Below, one piece after another: positions 12,301 to 25,167 of a DNA stretch of 64,000 bases; position 1 is the first letter of the stretch; each line of letters starts with the position of its first letter. The DNA is taken from the NCBI GenBank assembly GCA_965235115.1, contig OZ249445.1, forward strand, positions 2,046,001-2,110,000, read 5' to 3'. The notes beneath the pieces are model-generated. The model ran no database searches, was not told the origin of the DNA, and saw only the letters and a list, made by a program, of their open reading frames with translations. A program made the position numbers and the translations under genes. The stretch is from Laetmonice hystrix. Lineage: Eukaryota.

Positions 12301-15300
12301 GATTAGTGATGATGGCACGTAAAAAATACAGTAAGTGATATCAACAAATCTATTATCTCTATTTTAACATGGAGTGTGCCAGTCTAAACCATACCTGGTG
12401 TATTTATTTAAGCTGTTGATTGATGGTCTATGATGTTATTCTTCAGAGGCCCATGAGTGTTCACATAACTGCCTGAAGGAACATGATGACAATCCCATCT
12501 TATACAAGGGAAATAACCCACTCATTATACCCATGCTGTGTGGCTGGGAAAGGTAAGTTATACAGGATGGATTCTTAGGTCTGGCAATGAAAACCAAATT
12601 CAAAAATATGGATGTATACAGCAGGAATACTGCTGGAACTAATATTAGTCATTTTGGTGGTCGAGTGTAAATACTAGAACATTACAGGAGAATGCTTTGC
12701 TGGCATATTGATCATGATGGTCTAGCCTAAAGTCTCAGTACAATTCAAGCATTGTAGTGAAGCACTGATGAGAAAAATCTTTTACAATTTTCTGCTGAAG
12801 GTCACTATGCGACATCAGAAAAACGTATAACATTTCATTCTGTAGTCGGATAAGATTTGTGCATTTATAATACAGTCACGGTTTTTTTGGAATTGACTTT
12901 TTTGTAACATTTTACAGTAATTAATTTTGCTGGGTGTTTGTTGTTTCTTTTTTTTTCTTCTTTTTTTACAATTAATCTAATCAGAATTGAGCAAGAGGTT
13001 TTTGCTACTACTATATGTTACGTAGTAGCTGGATATATACTCTGCAGCTGATGTCTTTCTCCAGGTTACCTGAATCTTGGAGCAAATTTCTGATTTCTGA
13101 TTTAATGAAAATACCTGGTAACAATAACACAGTATTAGTGGCGGTAAAGACAAAGCTGTCCAGAATATTATATAATCTCTAGATCTTAGCACTTGCATAT
13201 TAAAGTTTTTAGACAGATTATCCAAATTTAGGGTATGTACAAACTGTGGTATCTTGGTAAAAGCCAGGGTTGTGGCTACATTGTCTTTATCACAGACGGG
13301 AAAATGAAGATGCAGGTACTTTTTGCAACAGGCAAATTGCACGACAGAAGAACACGGGCAAGCGTGTTGTGGCCTATCGGGCTCCGTGTGGACGCCGACT
13401 GAGGACTATCAAGGAAGTCCACAAGTATCTCAGTCTCACCGACTCATTACTCACTATTGACCTCTTCTGCTTTGACTCCAACCTCCACACACACTCGGAG
13501 TTTGTCCCAATCAAGGTGCGTGTGATAAGTGTTGTTGTTGCCCAGGTTTAATCCAACCAGTTTATGACTGTTTCTGGCCTTGGACACAGCTGTGGTGTGT
13601 TAAAGAGAATATTTTGAGAATTTCTGAGAAACACTTACATTTTACATAGCCTAAGTACTATTGTATTGATGAAGGTATAAAAGTTATTTTTACTCTAGAA
13701 TTTAAAAAACAACAAAAACAAAGCTGTAGAACTGCAAAGCTGTTTGAAGCCCAGTTAAATCCAAGTGTTGCCTGTAATTTATTATTTTACTTAGAGTGGT
13801 CTTAATTGAATTTGTTTTGTATATTCAGACATTCTGCGACATCAAAGATCTTTCATATGGCAAGGAGAATGTGCCAATTTCATGTGTGAATGGAATTGAC
13901 AGAGCTTATCCAGATTATGTAGAATACTCCAATCAGCGGATCCCAGCCAAGGGAGTTGTCCTTAATTTAGAAACAGACTACCTCATTGGCTGTAGCTGTA
14001 CAGATGGTTGTATCGTAAGTAGTGCTAATCAATCTCCTGTATTTGCTGATGTTTCAAGATCATTTCAGTCTGATTCTGAAGGCTGCAGCGCATTGGCCTG
14101 ACTGACTGCTTTTTTAGGGGAGAAACGGTTCATGTTGCAGTTAGTTTTTTATAAACGTTAAATATACATGAATGTTGGAACAGTAATGATAACAAAACAT
14201 ACCTATAGAAGAGGACCAGTTTTAAATGTGCCTCTTTACTTGTGTCAATTTAAAGGTGCTATTCGTGAAAAAAAGTTCAATCTTTTTATTTTTAATTTTG
14301 TTGACGTTTATGTGATCCCACCTATCATGGAAATAGATTCACAACAAAGGAAATCAAAATTTTTCATGGATAACGGCACAAATGGGGCTCTCTCAGAAGG
14401 CCTGTGGAGACCCTGACACGCCCCACCATAGGAAATGGCTCTATCTCGGTGCGCACCGAGATAGGTTTCAAATGCTGCACACAAACTAATAGAAGGTTTA
14501 TCAGGCCAATGGTATCGGTAGGAATTGTTTCTAGTACTATGTGCACAATGTATGATAGGAGAAATGCCATTCTGTGCGAGACGAATAGCACCTTTAATGG
14601 ATGCTTGTATCTAATAACAACGCTTTACTGCGAGTAATTGTGAAATGTGTTTGCCTCCGCAGGACCCCACAAAGTGTGAGTGCGCTCAGCTGACGATAGA
14701 GGCCAGCAAGGCCAGCTCAGCATCCCGACCTGACGGCAGTCCTGTGGGTTACCAGGAGCGACGCTTGATGGAGCCGGTCTTTACTGGGTATGTTTGGGGC
14801 ACACTGAACCTTGTCCATCCATTCTAACAGCAATTGTCATTTGGGCTGGGATGTTATGCTGATGTATTGGTAAGTACCAGTTCTTGTGCACCAAACACTT
14901 AATTGATTGTAACTGAGTGAATAATTATTGCGATTTCTTTGCAGGATATATGAATGCAACTCAAGGTGTAGGTGTGATCATCGATGTAATAACCGGGTTG
15001 CACAAAATGGACTCCAGCTTCGCCTTCAGGTGTTCAAGACAGAAAAAAGGTGGGCCTAGGTTGAGAAGAGTCGACTCAAAGCCGAGTGTTGAGGCATATT
15101 TAGGGTTTGGCTATTTTGTTTAAAGAAACTGCATTGGTGAAGTTGATACCTGAGTAGCTGTCATCTGCTAAGTGACAAGTTAAAAGGTAATCGTTGAGAA
15201 ATCGTGAATTTTGTGTATCAGGAAGTAGTTTGCACAGAAATTTGGAACATTATCATGTTGTCTCTGATTGTTTTTGTACAGCCTGTCAAATTCCGTGATT

Positions 15301-18300
15301 GTTGCAAGGAAATTCTGTTTTGAAAATGAGAATATCTGGGTTTTTTTCCATTTCCACATTTTCCTCATAAAAACAGTTACACTGATGTAAACGGACACTG
15401 ATTTGGGTCATACACAAAGCATTTCTGATGATGTGACTCACTGTTTCAGAGGTTGGGGATTGCGCTGTCTTGATGACATCCCAGCAGGTGGTTTTATTTG
15501 TATATATGCTGGACAGCTGTTGACAGAGCAAGGTGCCAACGAGGTAGGTAACATGGTTCAATGATACGAAATTCTACATGAGGCTTTTATTTTTCCCATT
15601 GTCAAATTTTTGGGCATTTTTTGTCATTTCCAGAATTAATAGGCAACCTTTCAATTTTCAATCCACCCTGCAACCTGAACTTATGTGCAATATACTTTTG
15701 TGCTTTGGCCCAGAATTGGCACAAGTGTACTTTGCATAAAAATGTCTGAAAATAACTTGTATTGAAGGATGGACAGCAGTATGGAGACGAGTACCTGGCC
15801 GAGCTGGACTACATTGAAGTGGTGGAACGTATGAAAGAAGGGTACGAAAGTGACGTGGATCCCAACATCGATGAAGGAATCGGGAATGATGAGGATGAAG
15901 AATCAGACGATTTCCAGGGTGCATCTGATTCTGACAGGTACTGAAAACACTTTTCTTTTTACAAATTTGTTGTGATGTGTATCAATTATAGTTTGTATTC
16001 CCTCAAGGTGCCACTCAGACATAGACATCGTATTATTGCCATCAATACTATTTCAATCCTTGCCAGGTATTGTTTTTAGCCCCAACCCTAAAAGGCGGGG
16101 AATTCCTATCGTCCTCCCTCATGTATCATGGATGCTCTCACATGGACATCTATCTAAAAAATACAAAGTATGCATAGTTCCTGGACCCACAGATAGTTAG
16201 TCCCTGCCCAGTTGGAGGATGGGGCTTGTCATGTGGCTGAATTATTCAGGAAATCCAAATTTGTGTAAGGACATGTGTTTTGTGTTAGTGATGCTCAAAG
16301 CACAGGCAGTGGTCTCACTGACAAGACCTCAAACAAGAGCCGTACAGAGACGTGTAGTATGGAAGGGTAGGTCACAGCATAGCAAGGTTTAACAGGCCAA
16401 ATGTGTCGTTAAGCAGTTCACGTCTATCATTGGATGGTGATAAGGCATTATCAGCTGCATAATATGGACATGTTGACTGATATAAAGATGCAAATTTCAT
16501 TCTCACATAATGTACTTCCTCACATGGCATCATAAAATGGAAATGGCCTAGAACTGGCCCATTGAACAGTTGATGATGTCTAGTCATATTTTGTTATATA
16601 ATTTCTATTTAAATACGTGTTGTTGTTTCGGGGGCCCAGCTCATGAATAAATTAATACATTAGAATTTAAGTGGGTTAGAGATTTATTGAAAACTTGCTA
16701 ATGGAAATTTAGAACAAACCTTTTCACTCTGATCTGGGCCCTGATAGTGTTTATATTTCTGTTACAATTTTTGCTTATTGCAGTAGATTAAATGAAGCTT
16801 TTAACCTTTAAGTTGTTGATTCACATAAGTCTTTCCACAAAAAGAAAATGAAAGGTTTAGTGTTTCATCAATATTAAAAATAAATTTGATTTGAGAATTC
16901 AGTTACAAAATTAAAATAAAGCCAATTCTCTCCTCGCTGAGATGTTTTGGATCAAATGCAAAAACAGTGCATAAATTATGTTGTAAAATGATGAGCATTC
17001 CCCTCTTTCTAGAGACCAGGAGGATATTTCCAGCAAAGATGGTTTTATCAGTACATTTTGTTTAAGTGTTAAGTTGCTTATTTCATTATTTCAGTACATT
17101 CTCTGGTGAGAAATACCTGGGGAAAAGTGGTGCCCATAATAAGTCTGGGTAAGTAACGACAGGACTGGTCCTGAATCACTTAAAAACTACTCTTTCTCAT
17201 CTTAAAATACCGAAAATACTTCTCTGCTAAGTTGTAAGCATTCTTTTACCAAAAGAATAGTGTACAAGTGGAATTTATAACCATAAAAGTTGCATCTTAT
17301 ATATTGACCTTATACCTTGACTTTACTGCATTGGTGTATTATTTACAGCTGTGTACTTTATTGTGTTTTGTTTTACCTGTCAGGAACCGGAGAAAGTCGA
17401 GTGCAACTGGAGAGAGTCAGGACCAGTCTTTGTCCACCAAGATCGTTTTGAAGCGTGATTCTGGGGCAGATGACCAGGATAAATCCTGGTGGGTAAACGT
17501 GTAGAAAGAGATGTCTTTGACATTCTTCATCTTTGATGTCTTTTGACTTCTGTAAACCTGTTTTTGCATGAGAAATTTTTAAGGCATTGCTGTGAGATTT
17601 GAGGTAGATGATTTATAGCTATATATTGCAATAGCACCATAGCAAAAGGACAATACAATGAGCTACATGCATACTTAGATTTCATGGCAAAATAAACTTC
17701 AGTATTTTTTTATTTCTCTTTGATACACCTTCAAGGTCTGTACGAATGAAAGGGATCAGTCCTCAGAAACAGACAGCTGAGTGGTTGAAGAGTATCCCAC
17801 CACCACCCAGCCTGGATGCCATCGTAATCAGTGATGAAGAGGATCCATATCCAAGGGCAGCCCTCTACATGGGGCCCAGCAAGAAACCAGAGGCTGCACT
17901 TAGTAAAACACCAGACAGTGAGAGTAAACCAGAAAAGGAAGCTGAAACAAGTACCGATTTAAAGGAGAAACTGACACCATCTCCAGCAGAAGGCGACACA
18001 ACTACTGCTGAGAGAGAGAACGTTGACGCTGGATCCGACAAGGAGGGTGAGAGTAAAAATGAACAGGAAGAGGATGAGGGTTTAGTTCAAGATAATGTTG
18101 TCACTGTCCCAGACAGTGATCACAAGGACTCGTCTGTGTCTTCTCACGATAACGGCTCTGATCTCGACTCTCTTGGTGAGCACAAACTGGATAAACCCGT
18201 CAATTCGCCTCCCAAAAAAATGTTCCTTAAATTAAAAACCAACATTCAAGGAGACATGAAGAACAAAGGTTAGTATGAATGCTTAGCCATAAACGCAATT

Positions 18301-21300
18301 TGTAGCCCCACATTTATAACTACTTTCCAGTAGTATTTTCTGTATTTTCATTTATTAATTTGTAGCTATGTACCCCCGGTAATAATACTCATGGTTACAT
18401 TTGAGCATGTGCAAATGTACTGTGTAGTCTTTGGTTTTCCTCTAGACAGCATCACTTTTATTTAAGTGTATCTAATGCCATAGCTTTTGGTTTTGTCTCA
18501 ATTCTTCCTGCCAGTAGAATCTCCTTTCAAGTCTGAGATAGATTTTAATCGTAAACCTCTGAGGATACCAAGGATAAAGGACAAAGCTACGCATCATTCT
18601 TTTAATACATCAGGTAAATAGCGTGGCTAGAATCCAGAATGATAGCTCATTTTTAAATGTTACAAGGTGGTGGCTTTTTACATTAATAATCTAACTGGAG
18701 CTAAGATAGGAACTGTAGGCCTAAGGTGTGGTTATGAGTTATGTTGACTTAGGCACCCTAAGGGGCCGTTCAAAAATTACGTAACGCTCGGGGGGGTGGG
18801 GGGGTGTATGTCCAAACGTTACGGACAGTGCTGAAGTACCATTGCAGAGCGTTACGGGGGGGTGGGGGGGTGTCAGATTTGGCCCAAAATAGCGTTACGT
18901 AATTTTTGAATGGCCCCTAACCTAGGCATCCATAGGTCTGCATGGTTTGTATGCCTCTGGATGGTCTTCAGGTAGAGCTAGCATCCATTGGTAAGTTTGG
19001 TATTCAGGGATCATATACCCTGGCATGTGACGGTGGTCCATGTACCTTTCGATGATTTTTTTTTTCCAGTAAATTCATACCATATGCCTATGGACCTACG
19101 GATGCCTGAATGCATAAGTCTTTCTTGATTCTGTATAAGTTCAGGTTGATGTTTTATAAGGCTTTGGTGTTGGATGATGTTGAAAATATGTATCTTAACT
19201 GGGCTCCCGCTTGCTGATATTTCACTTGAGCCACCGTGGCTAAACGGGCACCCAAATCCTGTAGCAACATAAGATTTTCTACAGCCACATTCTTTGAGCT
19301 ACAATCTGTCCAGTTGTAAATGGATATCTTTGCTATCCCGTATGCGTACATTTTAGGCGGGAGGGTCGCCCGTGTGGCGAAACAAGGGACTATTTCATGA
19401 TCATATCCTTCGCCACCTTGCTTTCTATTTCGCCAATGCGAACGTGGCGAACGGCTAGCGGAAGCCCAGTCTTAATGATTTATTGGATACTCATGACTAA
19501 GGTGATTTTTACAATAATAGCAAATTAAAGCTGGTGATTTGGTCTTGGAAATCAGGTTTGTAATGAAAGCTTGCTGGAATTTTTTCGTTCTGAGTACTGC
19601 CTTCAGACAGACACTGTATTCTGGTACCAGTAACTAAAGGGCTAATCTGGAGGCAAAGGTTTATTATTTAGGTTGGCTCTGGTGGAGACATTGTCATTAA
19701 CTTTGTCACTACAGGTGAGGTGGATAGTCCCGATACCCCATCCACGCCAGCAAATGTGGAGGAAAATCTCGACATCCCCAAGCTGATAGGTGGGCCAGCC
19801 CTGTACTGGGCACGTCATTGTTAACGTTAACCTGCCTCACTCAGGGTTCCCATCCTGGCGGGGAAAGGGTAAAAATTTCTGTCATGGAAAGCCTCAAAAT
19901 TGAAAAAGAATATCACACATTCCCAATTGTGGTTTTATTTCCAAAGAAAGCTTTAAGAACTAAGTCATTAAAAATGATGGAGTGAGAAACCTGACTTTGA
20001 GTGGGAACCCTGGTTGCTGTTCCTGCCATTGTATGGCCCTTAGACTGGACCTTACAACTCTCACAGACTGCTTAGTTGTAACAATAACATCGGTATATGA
20101 GCACAAGGAATGCCCCTCATACTAATAACCTTGGACTTAACATGCCACGTTAACAATGTCTTCCTGTTTTCATGTGCATTTATTGATTAAGTTTCTATTA
20201 TAAGTGCAAGTAAATTTGTGTAATGAAAGTCACATTTTTGTGTTAACTAAGGTATTTACAAAGTTTTTCATGTGATAATCCCCAGTGTTTTATACTTGTG
20301 TATGTCTAATGAAAAGGCATGTTGTATTTTGTTATTTTTTACAGAAGCACTTGAGTCCGAGGATTCTCAGGACGTTCTGCCAGGACAGACAGATGGGCAG
20401 GATGATGAGAAGCCAAAAGAAGATACTGCACCACCCCCTGCACCTCCTGCACCAGCACCAGCACTACCACTACCAGCACCACCACCAACTGGTCCAGAAA
20501 GTGCTGATGGCAATAATAGTGACAGCAAGGACGGATTAGGTACGGAAGACCCGTGGTGCCACGCGGTTGATAATATCTTTTCTGGCGACCGCCACATAAT
20601 TTATATCTTGTTCAAAGATCCACCTAGTTTCATCTTTGCTTACTGGGATAGAAGCTGATATCTGTGAAATGTTTAAATTTTTTAGGATCATACTGTCTCA
20701 AAGTATTCCCCCACTCCATGTCACAAAGTTGAAGGACAATAACAAAATACATTGTATATATATAAAAAAAAAGGCTGCAATGCATGCTTAGTCTACTTCA
20801 TTTAGAAGGTATACATGTAGATATGAGATAGATATGGTGGCTACATATTTTGTCTTTTTCATGTCACTACAACAGAAGAAAATGGGCTCTTCAAGCGAAC
20901 CACCAGATCACAAACATCCCGCTTCCGGGACCTTCCTGATCCTAAGTCTCAGCAGGTGATTTCACCACTCAAGATAAAGTTATCAACCATGGAGATAGAA
21001 GGAAGGGAAGGAGCTAAGGAAGACAGCAAGAAGGAGGAGAAACCAGGTAAGGAGGTCCACCTGATGGATGTTACTGCAGTACGCCGCTACATTGAAACCA
21101 AGATTTGGGCAATGCCTTAGGCCTACCCTGGGCCCAGTTTCTCAAAAATTCTCAACTTGAGTAAAGCTTACTTAAGTATAATCTAACAGGCTTCTGATTG
21201 GCTGGTTTGCTTGCTATACTCAAGTTGAGAATGCTCAGGCACCTTGACTTGTTGTCATCTAACTAATATGAGATGTGTTAACTAATGATGTGTTAACTGT

Positions 21301-22311
21301 TACGAGATGTGTTAACTAATACCAGATGTGTTTCTTACGTCATCTAACTAATATGAGATGTGTTAACTAATGATGTGTTAACTGTTACGAGATGTGTTAC
21401 CTAATACCAGATGTGTTTCTTACAGCAGACAAAAGCATCACAGTGGAGGGAGAGGACCTCTTCAGTACCAGGATGTATTTTGGGGAAGAATTTTGCTATG
21501 TAATGGACGCCAAATCAATGGGAAATATTGGTAGATACCTGAACGTAAGTAACCCAAGAACATACCTGTGCCAGTTTAAGGGGAATAAAGATGGAATTAC
21601 AGATAATATTATCAGTAAAGACCAACTTAGATTTGTTATAAAAATAGTTGTAATATTGATATGTAATTTGAAGGAAAGTATGGCATGATTCCTGCTGAAA
21701 TATAAGATGCAATGTAATCATTTCATATGTTTCATATTACAGCACAGCTGTGCACCAAACGTATTTGTGCAGAATGTGTTCGTGGACACTCACGACCTGC
21801 GATTTCCATGGGTTGCATTTTTTGCTGGACAGTAAGTGTTTAATTTAAGTCTACAATGTCCCAAAAATGTAAAGTCAGACAGTTTGCCTAAGTAACATTG
21901 ATTTTTTTACACTCCTATGAAGGCTAAACCATATACCGCAGTATGTGGTACACAGATAGAGATAATTTAAGTTACAGCAGTCAAATGACATTTTATAATT
22001 TTTATTGAGCTATACGTTATGCAGGAAATAGTAAACTTGTAATCACAGTGAAAAATTTCTTCGTTGTTGAACTGTACGGTAATGAATTGATAGCCATAGG
22101 TATATTACAGAAAAGGTTTTTCCCGTAAATATATTGAATTTTAAATCGTAATGATGCCAGGTATACAGACAGAAATGTGTGTGTTGGTTTCAGGTACATC
22201 CGTGCTGGGACAGAGTTGACGTGGGACTATAACTATGAAGTGGGCAGTGTTCCGGGCAAAGTACTCTACTGCTACTGTGGTGCTGCCGAGTGTCGTGGCC
22301 GCCTACTCTAA
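6313..22311 (+). CDS. SETDB1: Histone-lysine N-methyltransferase SETDB1/eggless, 33 coding exons, 1496 aa from ATG 6313 (1593 aa if THAP-fused)
   Basis: Exons: 6281/6313-6484, 6742-6835, 7079-7186, 7367-7523, 7806-7915, 8376-8478, 8689-8800, 9030-9117, 9325-9398, 9749-9822, 10003-10182, 11023-11188, 11403-11693, 11977-12066, 12262-12330, 12447-12552, 13332-13515, 13829-14014, 14663-14787, 14945-15049, 15450-15543, 15768-15937, 16289-16366, 17095-17148, 17384-17488, 17736-18268, 18518-18613, 19715-19789, 20345-20539, 20876-21046, 21426-21544, 21743-21831, 22194-22311. All GT-AG, phases match, total 4491 nt. Domain order is Tudor x3, MBD, pre-SET, split SET, post-SET. Confidence 0.96.
8376..10182 (+). 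CDS. SETDB1: SETDB1 triple Tudor exons (6 exons)
   Basis: [71 protein letters not shown]. Confidence 0.95.
10205..10906. repeat. 29-bp minisatellite, about 24 copies, in a SETDB1 intron
   Basis: Unit GACATGTGTGCACTCACTATGT(A/G)CAGTTT with minor variants. Confidence 0.97.
12447..13515 (+). CDS. SETDB1: SETDB1 MBD exons
   Basis: [13 protein letters not shown]|[33 protein letters not shown]...IDLFCFD. Confidence 0.93.
13829..15937 (+). CDS. SETDB1: SETDB1 pre-SET and N-terminal SET half
   Basis: [98 protein letters not shown]. Confidence 0.96.
16289..21046 (+). CDS. SETDB1: SETDB1 intra-SET insertion: 8 low-complexity acidic/Pro/Ser-rich exons
   Basis: Open, phase-compatible exons between the two SET halves, including the 533-nt exon 17736-18268 and the Pro-rich exon 20345-20539. 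Support is splice signals and frame continuity, not sequence similarity. Confidence 0.8.
18762..18917. mobile_element. Tourist/PIF-Harbinger-like MITE in a SETDB1 intron
   Basis: TIR GGGGCCGTTCAAAAATTACGTAACGCT / AGCGTTACGTAATTTTTGAATGGCCCC (1 mismatch), with 3-bp TSD TAA (18759-18761, 18918-18920). Confidence 0.88.
19842..20012. mobile_element. MITE with CAGGGTTCCCA termini (hAT-like)
   Basis: CAGGGTTCCCA at 19842 and TGGGAACCCTG ending 20012; no clear TSD. Confidence 0.6.
21130..21232. mobile_element. Truncated MITE/hairpin remnant
   Basis: 16-bp perfect inverted repeat ATTCTCAACTTGAGTA (21148-21163) / TACTCAAGTTGAGAAT (21217-21232), preceded by a GGGCCCAGTTTC-type end. Confidence 0.45.
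21254..21423. repeat. 85-bp tandem duplication at a SETDB1 3' splice site
   Basis: Units 21254-21338 and 21339-21423, built from GATGTGTTAACT subrepeats. Only the second unit is followed by the AG acceptor. Confidence 0.9.
21426..22311 (+). CDS. SETDB1: SETDB1 C-terminal SET half and post-SET
   Basis: [16 protein letters not shown]|[28 protein letters not shown]|...[32 protein letters not shown]; stop TAA at 22309-22311. Confidence 0.98.
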
Positions 22312-24873
22312 AACTCTACTCTATATAGCAGATACATTCCTGTATGACTGCTGGGGGAAATTCACTGCCCAAATAACTGCCTTTAGCTTGTCAACCCAGA
22401 ATTAGATTTCCGTAACCTAAACTGGAAAGCATAAACAGACAGTTGCCATGTGCGATTGTTTATTTTACTTTGTGAGTACTTGTGTTGGTATATGTAGTAT
22501 ATAGCTAATACGTGTTTTTTCTGTTCATGTTATTATGTTACCGATTGTCGTATGTTACAAAATATTGCATCATGAACTCTGTCGGGGAAACAGTATACAA
22601 ATCGCACAGGTTTTTGTCATGGAAACTACGTCCCTGCATAAAGCAGCTGACCCAAACATGTCTTTACATGATGGTAAATGCTACAGTTATTAAAGAACTG
22701 TAGGTGACACACTGTACTGTGCAGCCTTGACTAGAAACAGTAAAGATCTGAAGCGAAAACAAACTTATCTGACAAAATATTTCCAGTCGTTTATAAACAT
22801 TACGATGTTCCATTTGTACCCTTCAACCTTTCCGATACCAAAAATTGTGTTATCCTAACAAGAAAGCTCGCATTTTTGTGTGAAAATGTACTGTATGTGT
22901 GGATGAGAGACGAAATATCACATATTTAATGACTAGGCTTGTATTGATTTCTCGTCAAAATATATAGTATTTCTGTACATTATTACAAGAACAGGATAGT
23001 GAACGTTAGGTTTGATTGAAAAGAAATTTTGTGGTTAGTGTAGGACTAGGCAGTAATGCCTTCTCCCATTTCATTTCGTGGAGATGGTGGCCTGTCGTAT
23101 TATGTACGCGGTTATGAGAGCACCATCTTTATGAAGCAACATTTTGCCAACACACTAGTAATCATATGTATTTCATAGGCATTTCATAAGTATACTAGCA
23201 TGAGTGAGCAGGAAGGAATAATATATAGTGTACCGTTATGAATATGTCAGTTTTAATGTGACAGAAATAATGCATTTGCTATGAGTATGAAGAGCCTGTG
23301 TCAGAATTATGTAAACGTGACCATTCTATGGTCATGAACGTTCTATTAAAATTTGTGGAAACTTTACGAGTGAAATACGTAGTGGGAGCTCTGATATTAT
23401 TAAGGGTTATTTGGTGCTAGAAATTCTACCCATTATTGAATACAAATGATTTTTATCTTATATAAAATTAATATTCAAAATGCTACACTACGCCGAAAGT
23501 GTCTGAAAGGTTGGTGGATAATTCGCTAGATGGCGCCATATGTCTCCGATGCGTTAGGTGCGCCATCTATTGGTACCAGGAGCGTGCACATCTCATGGGA
23601 GATTGGCTGCGTTGATCAATGTGCTGTTTTGGATGTAAAAAAGAGAGGAAGTTTTCTAGTTGTGTAAGTTTTCTTCGTTTGCTATTATCTTGATGAATAT
23701 AATAAAGGATTGAATTTGTATGCCTTAAACTTTTGTTTGCACACCCAGCAGGCCTACTGCTACCACTGTCCCTGAACTGGTAGGCCTACTTGGTAGCTAA
23801 ATTAGGCCTAGGCCTTGCTAGCTACTTTGACATCTCCACCAGTAAAATAATATACTTTATAAAAATAACAAGTGGAAAGGGGGGGAGACCTATTGCTATA
23901 ATATTGCTGATAGATGAAATAATAAAAAGGCACTGATTGACTTTGACTTTGAGCTTAGATATAGGCAAGAGATAGACTCCCACAACATATTGGGTAATTT
24001 CTTTACTTTAGCCTACCTCTTATTTATTTTATTTTTTAGACTAATACTTCTCTAAAAATATAGGTCTATATTTATATTTGGCTAATGAGCTTCAAGTAAG
24101 AATGGGCTCACACATTCATAGTCATAACATAAGCATAGGCATAGCCATAGGCTAGCATAGGACGAGGCAGATGCTTTCCTCTGCGCCTATCCCAGTCCCT
24201 CATGACGTCACGGGCCGCCCCTGCGCCAAGTGGGGCCCGTAAGGGAAGTGCTTAATAGTTCCATTTTCTGAATAAGACGTTGTTTCCTCATTCCCGATAC
24301 CTTGACACGCATGTGTGAGTTTGAATTTTAAAGTTTATATACGTAGTATAATATTAAAACAAAAAATAGCAACTGGATACATATAATTTCGCCTAAAACC
24401 GAAATGTGCGCATTAGCGGGCACTTGCTCTCGGAAATTGAAGCTTAGCCCTAACGGCGCTCAGCAAGCTCCATAGACGATTCCCCAGAAAGAGAGAAGAT
24501 ATGTTGTGCTCGTAGGGAATGGGCTCGTTTCGAGCCAGAATTTCGGGGGTTTAGCAACAGTTTTGTAAATAATTTATATGTGAGATAACAGGGGACCACC
24601 TTGAGTGTATATATTGTAACTATTGTGGAATTTTGTACAGAGACAAGGGGACAATCCGTTGACAAATCGAAGACGGATGCGACCGAGTCCGAGCCAACCA
24701 GCGAACTTCAACCATTGTTCGGAGCATGCCAGCAACGTTTCTGACTAAATACAAAACGGTGAGTAAATTTTCAGGATCTCCTTTTACATTGATATGATCC
24801 TATGGATGGGATCACCAAAATATTTTGCGTCTATTGTTGTATTAGGACAACGTATTCAAACAGGAACTAGGCG

Positions 24874-25167
24874 CTAAAATGTCCTTGTTGGGAAGGAAAT
24901 TTCCAGCTCAGAGCAGGTAGCGTGGGCCTCGTTGCGATGTTTATTTCGGTCAACATGATGTTCCACATTGGCGAACTTATATTTGTTTTGCGCTGTCTCC
25001 ATAGAATTCTTTGTTATTTCCTGAACCTTTTTCAAACCACCAGCAAAACAGAAACGTATATGATCATCTACCGGTACTGGTTGTGTCGGTTTTATGTCAG
25101 ACCGACAGAATTTATAGGGCAATATCGCTGACGTACGGGGGAAAGTAGGTCGTCTTCCTCGTTGCAA
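24874..25167 (-). pseudogene. Possible Ty3/Gypsy integrase C-terminal relic
   Basis: Segment LKKVQEITKNSMETAQNKYK resembles the helix after the integrase core in Gypsy pol. No RT, RNase H, DDE core or LTRs seen. It overlaps an alternative plus-strand exon model. Confidence 0.25.

Noticed and set aside
19340-19470. Possible MITE right end (TTCGCC...GGCGAACGGCTAGCGGAAGCCC)
   Set aside because: No matching left end was found, so boundaries cannot be supported.
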